Source: Eledone cirrhosa (Eukaryota). Taken from it: 64,000 bases of DNA. Below are positions 24,532 through 37,689 of this stretch, piece by piece (positions within the stretch are counted from its first letter, which is position 1; every line of letters begins with the position of its first letter). The DNA lies in assembly GCA_964016885.1 (NCBI GenBank), contig OZ024740.1:135966001-136030000 (forward strand), in the 5' to 3' direction. The notes beneath the pieces were generated by a model, which ran no database searches, was not told the origin of the DNA, and saw only the letters and a program-made list of their open reading frames with translations. The position numbers and the translations under genes were made by a program.

Positions 24532-24869
24532 TGGAAATAATTGAGAGACAGGTTATTTACCAGGGTCGAGCTGTCAGTTTAACGAGTTAACCAACCGCAA
24601 TTTGTTCCCCTTGATGTACTCTTCTAAATGATTAAGTCTTTCATTGTTCCATTGTGGTGCTATAGACATACCTATACTTCTCTTTTGTTTTGGATCTCAG
24701 TCGCTTACAATGAATGAACACCAGAACAGCCTGCTTGTGGGGTGGCCTAGCATTCCACAAACACACGTACCCTTAACGTATTTCTCAGGGAGATTCAGCG
24801 TAACACTGCGTGATAATGCTGGCCTTTTGGATCACAGGTTCAGCGTATGTATTTATGTATGTATGTATG

Positions 24870-27800
24870 TTCTTCTGGTTTTATAATTTCACAAAGTTTT
24901 ACCAATAGAGAGAGAGTCGGTTTCTAACATAGACACAAGACTCTGTCATTGGAATTTACACAACATCAACTAGGTAGATATGTATGTATGTCTGCATGCA
25001 TGCATGTGTAGATATGGATGTTATTGTATGTGTGGATGTGTATGTTTTGAGTTGTATGTGTGCATGTGTATATGCTTTGTATCTGTACATGTGTATATGC
25101 AGTTATTAGATGCAACATTTTTGGAATGTTTTACATATTTTTACTGTTCCATTAATGGATTGTACTTATAATTTCCTAACTAGTTGTGTACTTTCTGTTC
25201 CTGTGAAGTCTAGCTTCTCAAGATTTGTATTGAGGCAGTTACTAACATATTCCAGTGCCCCAATAATCACAGGCATAAATCTGAAGGTGTAATCAGGGTG
25301 GAGTATCTGCAGATTTCTCATCAGTTCTGCATAAATATTCTCCTTTTCACTAATCTTTGATATTATATTGGCATCTGCTGGGCAGCTAATTTCCACTACT
25401 GTGCATGTTTTTTTCTCCCTGTCCCATATCATAATATCTGGTCTGTTATGCCTGCATTTCATTGGGGTTTTTACTGGAACATTCCACCAGTACTCTTTCA
25501 TATTATGTACATGGATGTCTTCCACATTGTTGTAGCTTTTAATGTGTTTATTATCGGGGCTATCTTTTTTACGAACTGCATTGTACAGTGTTTTGGCCAC
25601 TACATCATGCCTCATAGGTAGATAGTACCGCGATGACATCTTTGGGCAGCTGCTGATGACATGGGTGATATCCTCGATGTTAGTTCTGCAGAGTCTGCAC
25701 TTGTTATCACATCTAGGTGTTTTGCCTGCATCCCTATCTCTTTTGTGAATCAGGTATTTCGTGCTAATCTCCTGTTCTTGGATTGCAAAAGCGTATCCTT
25801 CAAAGTGGGAGCCAATATAGCGGTTGTTGGTCCAAGATAGACTACTTTCCTTATCTATATTACTCTCACTCTGGAGCTTCCTGGCAACATATCTATGCAT
25901 GATTTTTTGCTGATAGGCATGCAGTTTTTCATCCATGGATTCACTGCGATACTGCTGAGCGACATCCCTGGGTGTGAGTTTTTGATTATCACACAGGGAA
26001 TATCTCTCAAGGAGTTCCTTCCCAACTCTTATGATCTTATCTGTTTCATGCAGATAGACTTGCTCGAGAAGCGGGGTCCTACGCTTCGAGGTTCGTAGAT
26101 GTTGTCGGAGAGATATGATTCGACATTCAAATGTTGTCTGGACTGATGTTGGGCCTCTGCCTCCCTGCTTACGTTTCAAGTAAAGGCGGTCTATGTCACT
26201 GTTGATGTGGAAGTTTCCGGTGTTGTTCAGTATTTTTCGAGTTCCAACATCAACTGCTCGGATTTCATCTATCGTCCAATTGAATATTCCAAACGTTGGT
26301 GTTAGGACAGGCACAGCAAACACATTGTGAGCCACTGTTTTGTTTTGCGCAGAGAGTTCCGATGACCAGATCTTTCTTAATCGGGTGTAGTATTCCCTGG
26401 TTACGCGTTCTTTATTACAAATACCATTATAGGATATGTTCTCATCTATTCCCAGGTATCTGTAGCAGTCCTCATCAGATATCGGTGAAACAGTTAGACC
26501 ATTGATGACAATGTTTCTAGATTGGGTTGTTGTTTTTCCCCGCTTTACAGTCATGTATGAGCATTTATCTTGGCCAAACTCCATTCCTATATCCTTTGAG
26601 AACGTTGTAACCAGGTCAAGATTTTTCTTCATCCCATCCATGTTCTTGGCATAGAGTTTCAGATCGTCCACAAAGAAGTTATGGGTTAGGTTCGTATTTC
26701 TGTCCTCCTGTGAGCCAATGATGTATCCCTCACATTTCTTGAGCAGAAAGGACAAGGGGTTTAATGACAAGATGAACAATATCACAGAGAGACTGTCCCC
26801 CTGAAATATACCCCTGCAATATTTTATTTTATCAGTGAAAATAGAGTCCTCCCTCTCTGTCTTTAACCTTAGGATAGTAGCCCAAGAAGAAGACAGCCTC
26901 TCTATGGCTCTGACAATAATGTCTGGGACTTTAGCAAGTTGGAGGGCCTTTATCATCCAAGAGTGGGGAACAGAATCGAAAGCTTTCTTGTAGTCCAGCC
27001 AGACTGTAGTCATATTCCTCCTAAGTTTTCGCACCTCCGACATCGCAGTTTTGTTGATTAGGAGTTGTTCAGCACATCCCCAAACCCTTTTCTTTCCAGC
27101 TGCTTGTTCATCTGTGATGATGTTATTATTTTCACAGTGATCTAGGTTGAGGCAGGCTGTATACATCTTATACATCAGGTTCTGGCATGCAATGGGTCGG
27201 TAGGTTTTGCCAAGTGGGTGTCTTTGTTCTTGGGGACCAGTAACGTTTGTGCTAATGTCAACCATTCTGGTATAAGTGTATCTCCCTTAAGAACTTGTTG
27301 GTAGAGGTCAGTAAGATACCTCCGATAGAATATTTGTTTTTTGTACCAGTAGCCGACAATCATGTCTCTTCCTGGTGTTTTCTTATCTTGGAGTTTTCCT
27401 ATCACAGTCTCAAGGGAACCCTCACTTATTTCGTATGTTTTTGTTGTAGTGTAGGAGCAATAGTTCTTTCGGATTTCTCTTAGCCACACTGCATCTTGGT
27501 TGAAATTCTTCTTTTCACCCCATATTTTTCTCCAAAAGGAATCTATGTCTTTCTGGGATGGGGCCTCAGTGACACTTATTATTTTGCCCTTCATATCTCT
27601 ATAGACTGATGTTTGGTTTCGTCAGAATCTTTTATTAAGCATTTTTCTCTCATCTACCTTCTTTAGGTATCGGCGTTTTTCGCTAACAGCTCTCAATTCT
27701 TGTTTGAGGGTGATCAGCTTATATTGGAGAGTTCTGGTTCTATTGTTACCAAACATCGTCTCTATTTTATTTTTCACTCTTTGTTGGTGAGGAGTGAGGT

Positions 27801-28948
27801 TTTTTTGTGTTTGTTTGTATGTAAGGAGCATTATCACATGCCCTATGTTTTTTCGTGGGTCAGCACTCTTTTTTTCTATTTTAGTTATATATGATGGTAT
27901 TTTTGGTGGTGTTTTGTTCTTGTTAATATCTCTATCACCAAGATAATGCTTCACTGTCGTTGCTAAGGCATATAAACAGGCGTTGATTTGCCAAAATGTT
28001 GGGGTTTTTATCCGTCGTAAATATTCATCCCCTATTTCGTCAATAACACGTAGTATTTCATTATTTGGTTTTTTATTCACCATTGTCATTTTAACACGTT
28101 CAGCCAGAGAGATATTTATACATGAGTTAATTTCTCTCTGGGAGATTTCGTTGAGGGAAATTTTCAATTGTTTATACTTTTCATTATCGATAGTATTTTC
28201 CACAACAGTCGAGGTAGACTCGGATGGTATACGTGGGGTCACAGTTATTCGATTATTATTATTATCGATAGTGTTTTCCCCAGCATTCGAGGTAGACTTA
28301 GATGGTACAGGCATAGTTATTTCAAGGCGCTGTTCGACCTGGCTGCTAGGAAGTCTAGTAGCATGGCGATCTGTAGCACGTGTTGTTGATTCCATGTTTG
28401 TTGTGGGGGACTTACAATTAATAATATTTATCTTATTCTTACGTTCAACAAACGTCGCTTGTTGGCGTAATTGTTTCGCTGTGAAATAATTTAGCTCTGG
28501 GTGCATTTCGTCCCAGTGTAGCTTCATTCTATTCATATAGCCAATGGAGGGATTGTTTTTTGCCATTTTATAACAATTAAATAAATCATTATTAAGTTCG
28601 CAACTCCAAGAGAAATGCGATTTATAATTTCGGTTTCTTCTGTAGCTACAACTGAATAAAGTTTGATTACCTTCTTTGTTATTTGTCTTCGATACTTCCT
28701 TAATTTTCTTGTTGATGTTGTGTTCAGCCATGCTGTTTGTAGCAAATCCTTGTAAAATGAATTATGTATTTAGTCGGATATCTCTACGAATTCGAATAAA
28801 AGGTGTCTTCAGAAGGGATAGTTAGAAGAATAACCAGTTATTCAACCTGGCTGTAGTTGTGGCATTACTGTCGGAGATAGTATTCATCTTAAATTAAATA
28901 AATAGTCTCCCACGCCAAAATATGCGACTGATCGCGTTGACTGATGGA

Positions 28949-28949
<1 letters not shown>
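24870..28949 (-). mobile_element. Near full-length R4/Dong-clade non-LTR retrotransposon (family 1) in a (TACA)n array
   Basis: One ORF broken into 28731-27622, 27594-27175 and 27265-25166; TATG arrays (+ strand) on both flanks. Confidence 0.92.
25166..27265 (-). pseudogene. RT plus CCHC plus REL endonuclease portion of the R4/Dong ORF (frameshifted upstream, premature stop)
   Basis: VWLDYKKAFDSVPH, GIFQGDSLS, FFVDDLKLY, YRYLGI, CRLC..HVISSC, RHD, HNRPD..VVEISCP; the TAA at 25166 reads Gln in the 36.5-kb copy. Confidence 0.92.
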
Positions 28950-28979
<30 letters not shown>

Positions 28980-29061
28980 TGTATGTATGCATGTATGTAT
29001 GTATGTATGTATGTATGTATGTATGTATGTATGTATGTATGTATGTATGTATGTATGTATG

Positions 29062-29345
29062 TGCCTTTGCTCACTATAAAAGCTTCACGGCACAGGCATT
29101 GCTTTATATCTGGAGATCTCTCTGCACTTGTCGTTACATGGTACCAATAATTGTCACAAGTGTAGTGTTTGTACCAGAGTTTTCAAGTCGCTGGCTGGAC
29201 TAAAAAGTCACACTTGTTCAGCGCATCGGTAGGGGTTCTCCTACATGGATATAAAGTAGTGGCCGTACTCGAAAACGAGTTGGCAGCCACCATGTATGTA
29301 TGTATGTATGTATGTATGTATGTATGTATGTATGTATGTATGTAT
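29062..29345 (+). mobile_element. 5'-truncated copy of the 2811-3228 element with (TATG)n tail
   Basis: Reverse complement of 2811-3066 with a small internal deletion. Confidence 0.8.
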
Positions 29346-29346
29346 G

Positions 29347-29522
29347 CCAAGTCGCTCACGAGTGCTTCTGTTAACATGTAACCTAGTACAACCTGTCTCA
29401 TGATCGGGTCGTCGGCGACTAAACCGGCAACCCCCACCAAGCCTGCTTGGTGAGGAGGGTGATATTTTGACACCCTGCGGGATGAAATACAAGACCCGAC
29501 AAAAGACGGAACTCAACAGAGT
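29347..29522 (-). mobile_element. Inverted copy of the 770-985 element
   Basis: Shares GGTCGTCGGCGACTAAACC; its tail merges with the TATG array. Confidence 0.7.
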
Positions 29523-29534
29523 ACCTTTTTTTTT

Positions 29535-29825
29535 TCACCTGGGAGTGAAAAGCCCCCATTTGTTGTCACAACACTTTTCTAGGAGAGTGAAACTCTGAAA
29601 GAAACCTGCGGTTTCGAAAGCATCCGACGATGTTTACCAGTTCTCCTTTTCGGGAAGTGTTTTCAATGCTCAGAGAGTGGGATTGGTCGAGTGCAAGACA
29701 TTTCCTTCCCAACTTAAAACACCTTCAAAGCACAGGCATTGCCGTAGCCTAAAAGTACACTATTTTCTGTAATATGACAAGCGATTGCATTACTCTTAGC
29801 AGTGTTTGCAGCCATCATGTGTTTA
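29535..29825 (+). mobile_element. Diverged RTE-like non-autonomous element related to 43375-43688
   Basis: CTAGGAGAGTGAAACTCTG, CTCAGAGAGTGGGATTGG, GCACAGGCATTG, ends GCAGCCATCATGT. Confidence 0.6.
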
Positions 29826-30173
29826 GGTATGTAAATATATATGTATATATGCATGAATGTATATTTGTATGAATTTACGGATGTATATGTAAGTATATAT
29901 TTATGTGCATATATATATATATATATATATACAATACATAAACAGAGAAAGCCTTAAGCGATACTCTGACCAACTCCATCTCACTCAACAAACATTAGGA
30001 TATACCTAAGTATTTTCCCAATTTAGTGTTTGGGGTGCTAACTAATCAGTATTTCGTGGATAGCTGGTTGTATTATTTTATATGAGACATTATTAAATAA
30101 ATATCTCTTATATATATATATATATACGCGTGTGTTAGTGTCTATCTGTGTGTACGTACGTACCTGTGTGTGT

Positions 30174-30280
<107 letters not shown>

Positions 30281-31070
30281 TGAGTGTAGGTATATATGTA
30301 TGTACGTTTCGCCTATGTGTATCAGCGGAAGATGTAAACGTCGGCGAGGGAACCGATGATCCGGCACATTCGAATAAAAAATACTCTGATATCTGTTCCG
30401 CTCGAGTTGCACAGACGTTCACTTATCTCTCTCGCCATCGTAAATGCAGTGAACCATTGATTGGCCCGTTGCAAACCTGCAATCAACAGCGCTATTTTAT
30501 CACCAATTGCGATATAAAATGGAAATAAATAAAATCACTTTGATAAACTGTCAACCATGGAGTCTCTGCCTGCATTTTTGCCTGCATTTCTCAAGCAAAA
30601 GTATCCAGTAGTAGTTCTCACCACAACTTATAATGGATTTTGCGTACATGTTTATGTGTGTGTTTGTTTTGTGAGTGTGTTTATGTGTCTGTTTAAATGT
30701 ATTTTTGCGCGCGCTCGTGTGTATGTGTGTGTGTGTGTACGTGTATGTGTGTCTGTGTGTGTGAGTAAATTTCTGACTAACTCTTTGATGGTGATAAAAT
30801 GTATTTTCGAAAGCCACCTATAATTTTCTAAACAACATTGTTTTGAAATGACCGACATTTTGTGTAATTATATACTCTAAAGACGTTGTTAATTCTAGAC
30901 AAATAAAATTTGTTTTAAAAAAATTAATGTTAAAAAAGTAGAAATGAAAGGATGGGCAATGTATAGACTATGAAAAATCTGTAATTGTTGAAATGTTGAA
31001 ATGTCAGAACCTTCTTTTAAAATTTTGTGTATTTTCACACATGCAGACATGTGTGAGTGTGTGTGCGTGC

Positions 31071-31159
<89 letters not shown>

Positions 31160-32018
31160 ATGTGTGTATGTACGTGTGTCTGTGTGTGTGTATGTGTGTT
31201 AGTGTATGTGTGTTAGTGTATGTGTGTGTGGTTAAATACAATGGATTAGATTGATTAAATATATTTCTTTTTAATATTTTGGCTCTCTTATATGTTGTCT
31301 TTCATTAAAAACTTAATCAGGTGTAAATAATGAATAACGTTGTTATTCCCCTTCCCTTCACTGCTCTCGCTTTCAGATGCAATAAAAGTTAAAATTAGAA
31401 TATCGCCCGAGAATATAATTCCTCAAGCCAAAAAATATTTCTAATGTTTCTGAGACGAATGACGTATGCCAGACTGACAGATAAAATCGATAATGAAATC
31501 ATTGTGCAATATTTTGGTTGGAAACCGGTTCATTGTCTTTATATAAGGAAAATTCGAATGAAGAATACTAAATCATAAATAAAAGGACGTAGAGGCATGA
31601 ATGTCTGAAAGATTTTGACGGAAGAGCGACGATAGCCACAATGATCAAAGAATGATTTTCTATTCTCCATACTACCACCGCCACCCAAAAATCAATGAAT
31701 GCTCTAACTTTTCATGCTGATTCACCGTTTCGATGGAAATGATAAAAATATAAATTAAAAAAATAAACATCAAAAGCCGAATGTTTGGTGTCCGAATAAA
31801 TATTAATCTCTTTTGATTAGGAACAAAGCCAACTGTTTCTGCAAAGTAGCTATAGTTATCTGAATCGACCCTAGTATATTGCAGGTAGTTATTTGATCCA
31901 GAGTGATAGACGGCAAAAAGTTGATGCTCGCTGATTTAGAACCACGGTTTATAGAGGCAAAAATAGTCTGTTTTACGCATGTTTCATTTGAGTATTATAT
32001 ATCTCTATATATCTATTT

Positions 32019-32722
<704 letters not shown>

Positions 32723-35353
32723 TTTATATATATATATATATAATCAGCTACATGTTAGCAGGACTTTGCAACCACAATAATCCGCCGTAGCATATCACTG
32801 AATGGAAAATGCACGAGTAATTTTTTTATTTTTGTTCGTGTTATTTTTATTCGTGTAACTTTCTGATGAGGTCGTAACTGTTACGTAACGGTTACCTTCG
32901 TAATACGTATAACAGCGATTGTGTAACAAATAAATGATGTAAATTCCAAACTACTGACTTCTACTTCATGGTTATACCAATGCTCCGGAGTACACAGACC
33001 TGCATATATACTTCGTCGGGTGTTCCATCCTGCGTACAATAATGGCGGTTGATTAACTAACACAAAATATACCAAGTATATATATATTATAATAATATAT
33101 ATTAGGAAACAGAATTAGTCGTGTAAGAGACATTATTTAATAAATGAAAATATATCCATTCAGCTTTATTATCGAGCACTTATTAATAAATTGTGATTCT
33201 GCTTCAAACATTAATATTTACAATTTTGTCTATGCATGTGTGTAAGTTTGTGTGTACGTATGCGTGTATGTGTATGTTTCTACGCTTAAGGGAGATTTTG
33301 TCACACTCCTTGGAACAGATCACTGTTTATCGATCTAACTGAGATTTAAACGAGAACAATACAATTCTCTATGCACCGACTCTACTCAAATCGATTTCTT
33401 TGTTATTAGTTGCACAACAATAGGAAAAGACATAAGTTGGGAAGCGATCCAATATGTCATACAGCACCAACTGAGTACCAGGAAACTACAGGAATTGATG
33501 GCATCATGTCGAAAACACCAAAATTATCCTCAGCTTTCTTGATGTATCTTGATTTCATGGTTGCTAACACCCGACTAATAAAATTAAGATAATTACAACA
33601 AAGTTTCGTTATTGCTTTTGCTGGTGGTGGTTATTTAGCCCCAGGTTAGCTCTGATCAATCCTACGTATAATCGAAGGCATTCAAGTCGTGACAGTACAA
33701 TATGTGTTTTCAGGTGCAATGTATCTACACCTACAATTCCCACTGTGTCTTTCTCTTTATTTTAGATGATAGAATAAGATTTGGGTGGGATTCGGCTGCT
33801 ATATTTAGCAAGTTTAGTGACAGCGAAAAGACTCCTTTGTTTCGTGAATATTATTTTGATGGTACTTATTGACTTCAGAAAGTATTCACTTTTACAGGAC
33901 TATAACTTATCACCACGTGGTTTGGCTTACCTGATATTCGTTTTAGCTGATTTAGAGAGATACATAACAAAGTTACAGTTCAGTGGTGTTAGTTGGGATG
34001 AGTTTACTGTTAAGTGTGAAATGAAGTGGACTCGCAGTATTTGCTATATTACTTCTAGAGGTTGTTGCATGTGCATTGTTTGAAACATGCAAGCTAAACA
34101 TGCTAGTACCGGTGGCTGGGTATTTAACACCCTAGGTTTGCTCTACAATGTGCGCCCCTTTTTCAGTTATGCCAAATAAAATGATTTAAGTTTATTTTCA
34201 TCCTTACGGGGTCGATAAAATAAAGTACCAGTAATGCACTGGGTAATTGCTGGCCTTGTGCCTAAAGTAGAAACAATTATTTGGCAAGCTGACAAACCCT
34301 AGTTTTTGATACTTTATGCTCTGACCAAAATCATAAAATTACTAGGCCTGAATTTTCCACTATACGGCTTACGCTCACCTATACCAAATCATGGTACAGG
34401 TCATAACACTATACAACCCTCTCCATCAATGTATCTATTGACCACAGGAAATTATTATATATCTAAGTTAATCATACAAATTTGTATAAAACTGTCATTC
34501 TTTAACGTTTAGTAATGCACCTCACTAAGCTCTTGATGCATACCTACTGAAAGATAACGTCGAAATGATCAATTCTTTTTACCATATACGAAAAAATCAT
34601 TTCATGCAAGCTCTCTTCGATAGAACTGCATCCAATGAAACTTTCTTTGCTTCCATGTCTCTCCTCTATTATCAACCTTCAACAAATTTATTTAGAGATT
34701 CGTTACATTAAGCTCACCCAGACAGGGCTGGTACTACCATTAGGTCAACTGGGCATTTTTGAGTTTTAAAGCATCCCAGTTTTATACAAATTTGTATCAT
34801 TAACTTAAACATAAAATAATTTCCTGCGATCAATAAATAACTTATTAAACATCTTTGCCGCGTAGTAACGTTGTGGAAATAGCCAAGGCGGTCATATGAT
34901 TTGGCATGACGTGTGTGAATTGTGTAGCAGAAGATGCAGGCTTAGTAAATTTCTTTTTGGGGAAGATGGAGTACATAACTGGGATGAGAGGCTCACGTTG
35001 TAGGACTAACTTAGGGCGCTAAATACCTTATTCAACTGTTATTCTACAGTTTTTTTGTGAATGTAACAAGGTTAGAAACACTGGACGTTCTTCTAAAACT
35101 AATAGATAAAAAAAAACACACTACCACCTGACAATACAGCCATAACCATCAACAACACTAACACTAATAGGAACACCACTAACAACAACAAAACAAAAGG
35201 AATAGCAGCAACGCTAACAGTAGCATCAGCCGATAAAGAGGTCATGTGACCTCTTTATCGACTACATAGAATAGTAAACTTGCCTGAAGGAGTGTCTCAA
35301 TGTTTTTTGTTTGTTTCAGAGTTACACTATTGTTTGATTGTTCGTAACAACTA

Positions 35354-35462
<109 letters not shown>

Positions 35463-35473
35463 GAGAGAGAGAG

Positions 35474-35537
<64 letters not shown>

Positions 35538-35588
35538 GGGAGTTAGGATAAAAAAAAGAAATAATAAACTCACAGAGAATATACAATA

Positions 35589-35695
<107 letters not shown>

Positions 35696-36065
35696 CAAAT
35701 TATTACATATTAATTCACTTACACTGCTAAGCCTCACCGACTTAATTGAGCTGCTATGTTGATCGTTAGTAGCCTTGTCGATTGAAGAAAAGCAGCATGG
35801 TTAGCATATGGCTTACATCGATGTTGCGTTTAAATGGTTAGAGATAATGAAATTCATAATCCGACCTAGTGACCCCGGAATGCGGTAGAATTACAGGTCT
35901 TGCGGGAAAGTTATTGCTGTTAATAAAAAAAAAATATTAGCAACGAAAAGGTACTGATATTTATAGAAATTAATGGAGATCAATAAATCGTTTATTGTAA
36001 TGTTTCAATGATTAATTTGAATACTGGTATATTTTATTTTCTATAAACATTGTTATATGTATGTA

Positions 36066-36164
36066 CAGGGTGTCCCAAAAATTGTATACACACTTTGATT
36101 ACCTGTGCAGGCAATATTTATTAGAATACTCAGCTTTTGAGTATACATTTTTGGGGACACCCTT
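36066..36164. mobile_element. ~100-bp Tc1/mariner-type MITE
   Basis: TA|CAGGGTGTCCCAAAAA ... TTTTTGGGGACACCCTT|TA. Confidence 0.75.
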
Positions 36165-36211
36165 TATGTATGTAGGTAGGTATGTATGTATGTGTAATGT
36201 ATGTATGTATA

Positions 36212-36292
36212 TATGTTCTTCTGGTTTCATAATTTTATAAATTTTTACCGATAGAGAAAGCCGGTTTCTAACAAAGACACAAGACTCTTGCG

Positions 36293-36352
<60 letters not shown>

Positions 36353-36695
36353 GTATGGATATTATTGTATGTGTGAATGCGCATGCTTTGAGTTATATGT
36401 GTACCCCTGCATGTTTTGTATTTGTACAAGTGTATATGCGGTTATTACATGCAGAATTTTTACAATTCCATTAATTGATTGTACTTGTAACTTCCAAACC
36501 AGTCGTGTTCTTTCTGGTTTTGTTAAGCCCAGCTTCTCAAGATTTGTACTGAGGCTGTTAGTAACATATATCAGAGCCATATATATCTGAAGGTATAGTC
36601 AGGATGGAGTATCTGTATAGATGTTCTCTTTTTCGCTAATCTTTAATATTATATTGGTATCTGCTGGGCAGCTGACTTCTACTACTGTGCATTAT
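36212..36695 (-). mobile_element. 3' fragment of R4/Dong family 1; an opposite-orientation 3' UTR piece follows at ~36740-36878
   Basis: Colinear with 24870-25405 (TNLEKLGLTKPERTRLVWKLQVQSINGIVK); 3' end in TATG repeats. Confidence 0.8.
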
Positions 36696-37689
36696 GTATG
36701 TGTGTATGTATGCATGCATGTATGTGTGTGTGTGTGCGCGCACACACGTACACATAACTAAAAAAATACAGATCAACACATGCAATAACACCCATAACTG
36801 CACACACACACATAGACATGCATACGTATTTACCAAGTTGATGCCTAAATTCCAATGAAAGAGTCTTGTTTCTATGTTTGTGGATTTGTTTGTGAACCTA
36901 AAACTAAAAAACTACCAAACCGATCTTGATGAAACTTGACACGCGGGTGGATCTCATGCCCATTTGATTTCTTATGTACTTTGAAGTTTAAAAATATCGA
37001 TAATTTCCAGTCTGCATCGACTTTTTATAAATCAATAGGACATTTGCATGCAAATGCTCATATGGATATTATTTTCTGCCATAACTTTTAAAGTTCTCAA
37101 CAGATTTCATTCAAAATTGAAACACAGATAAATTATGTGCTAAGGATGGCTTTAGGCTAAGAAATTATCCCAGACAACTCGCGGAAGGCAAAAAGCCGCA
37201 CAAACCTATTTTTCATTTGGTTTGTTTCTTCTGATATGAGCAACCAATTTGCTTTAAACTGTACAGGTGCATTATTTATGTATCAATAAGGTGTTAAAAG
37301 TTCCCCCAGGACACCTTAATAAAGCGAAAACACCGCAAATATCGACTGTCGCAAATGCTTTTTTCAAACCTCATAGATACACCACTTATGTGCAGTGGAT
37401 GGTTTTCTCCAGCGGGACAGAGGGCTGTACAACAATGGAATGGATAACAATTGAATTTGCCCTCCACGGGCCAAGTTTTACCCAGACAAATGGGATTTAT
37501 GGGCTCTGGTTGGGTAATGCGATGTTATTTTCCAAAAATATATACCCTTTGCGAATCGAATAGAAATCTTCAACGGGCCACAGTTGACACGCGGGCCGTA
37601 AGGATATTTAAAAGTTACCTACCCATCCTAGGCTGTGTCATCTTTGCTGCTAATATGCGTATATTTAACCGAATGGAACATCTTACGAG

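Noticed and set aside
32855-32915. CTGATGA plus palindromic stem, hammerhead-like
   Set aside because: GAAA reads GTAA and stem I is poor; probably a dead PLE HHR, not annotated.
34540-34575. CTGAAAGA...GAAATGATCA
   Set aside because: No credible stems I or II and no UH site.
36880-37600. Helentron/DINE-like internal sequence; similar Helitron-like region at 45535-46225
   Set aside because: Composition is suggestive but termini could not be defined convincingly.
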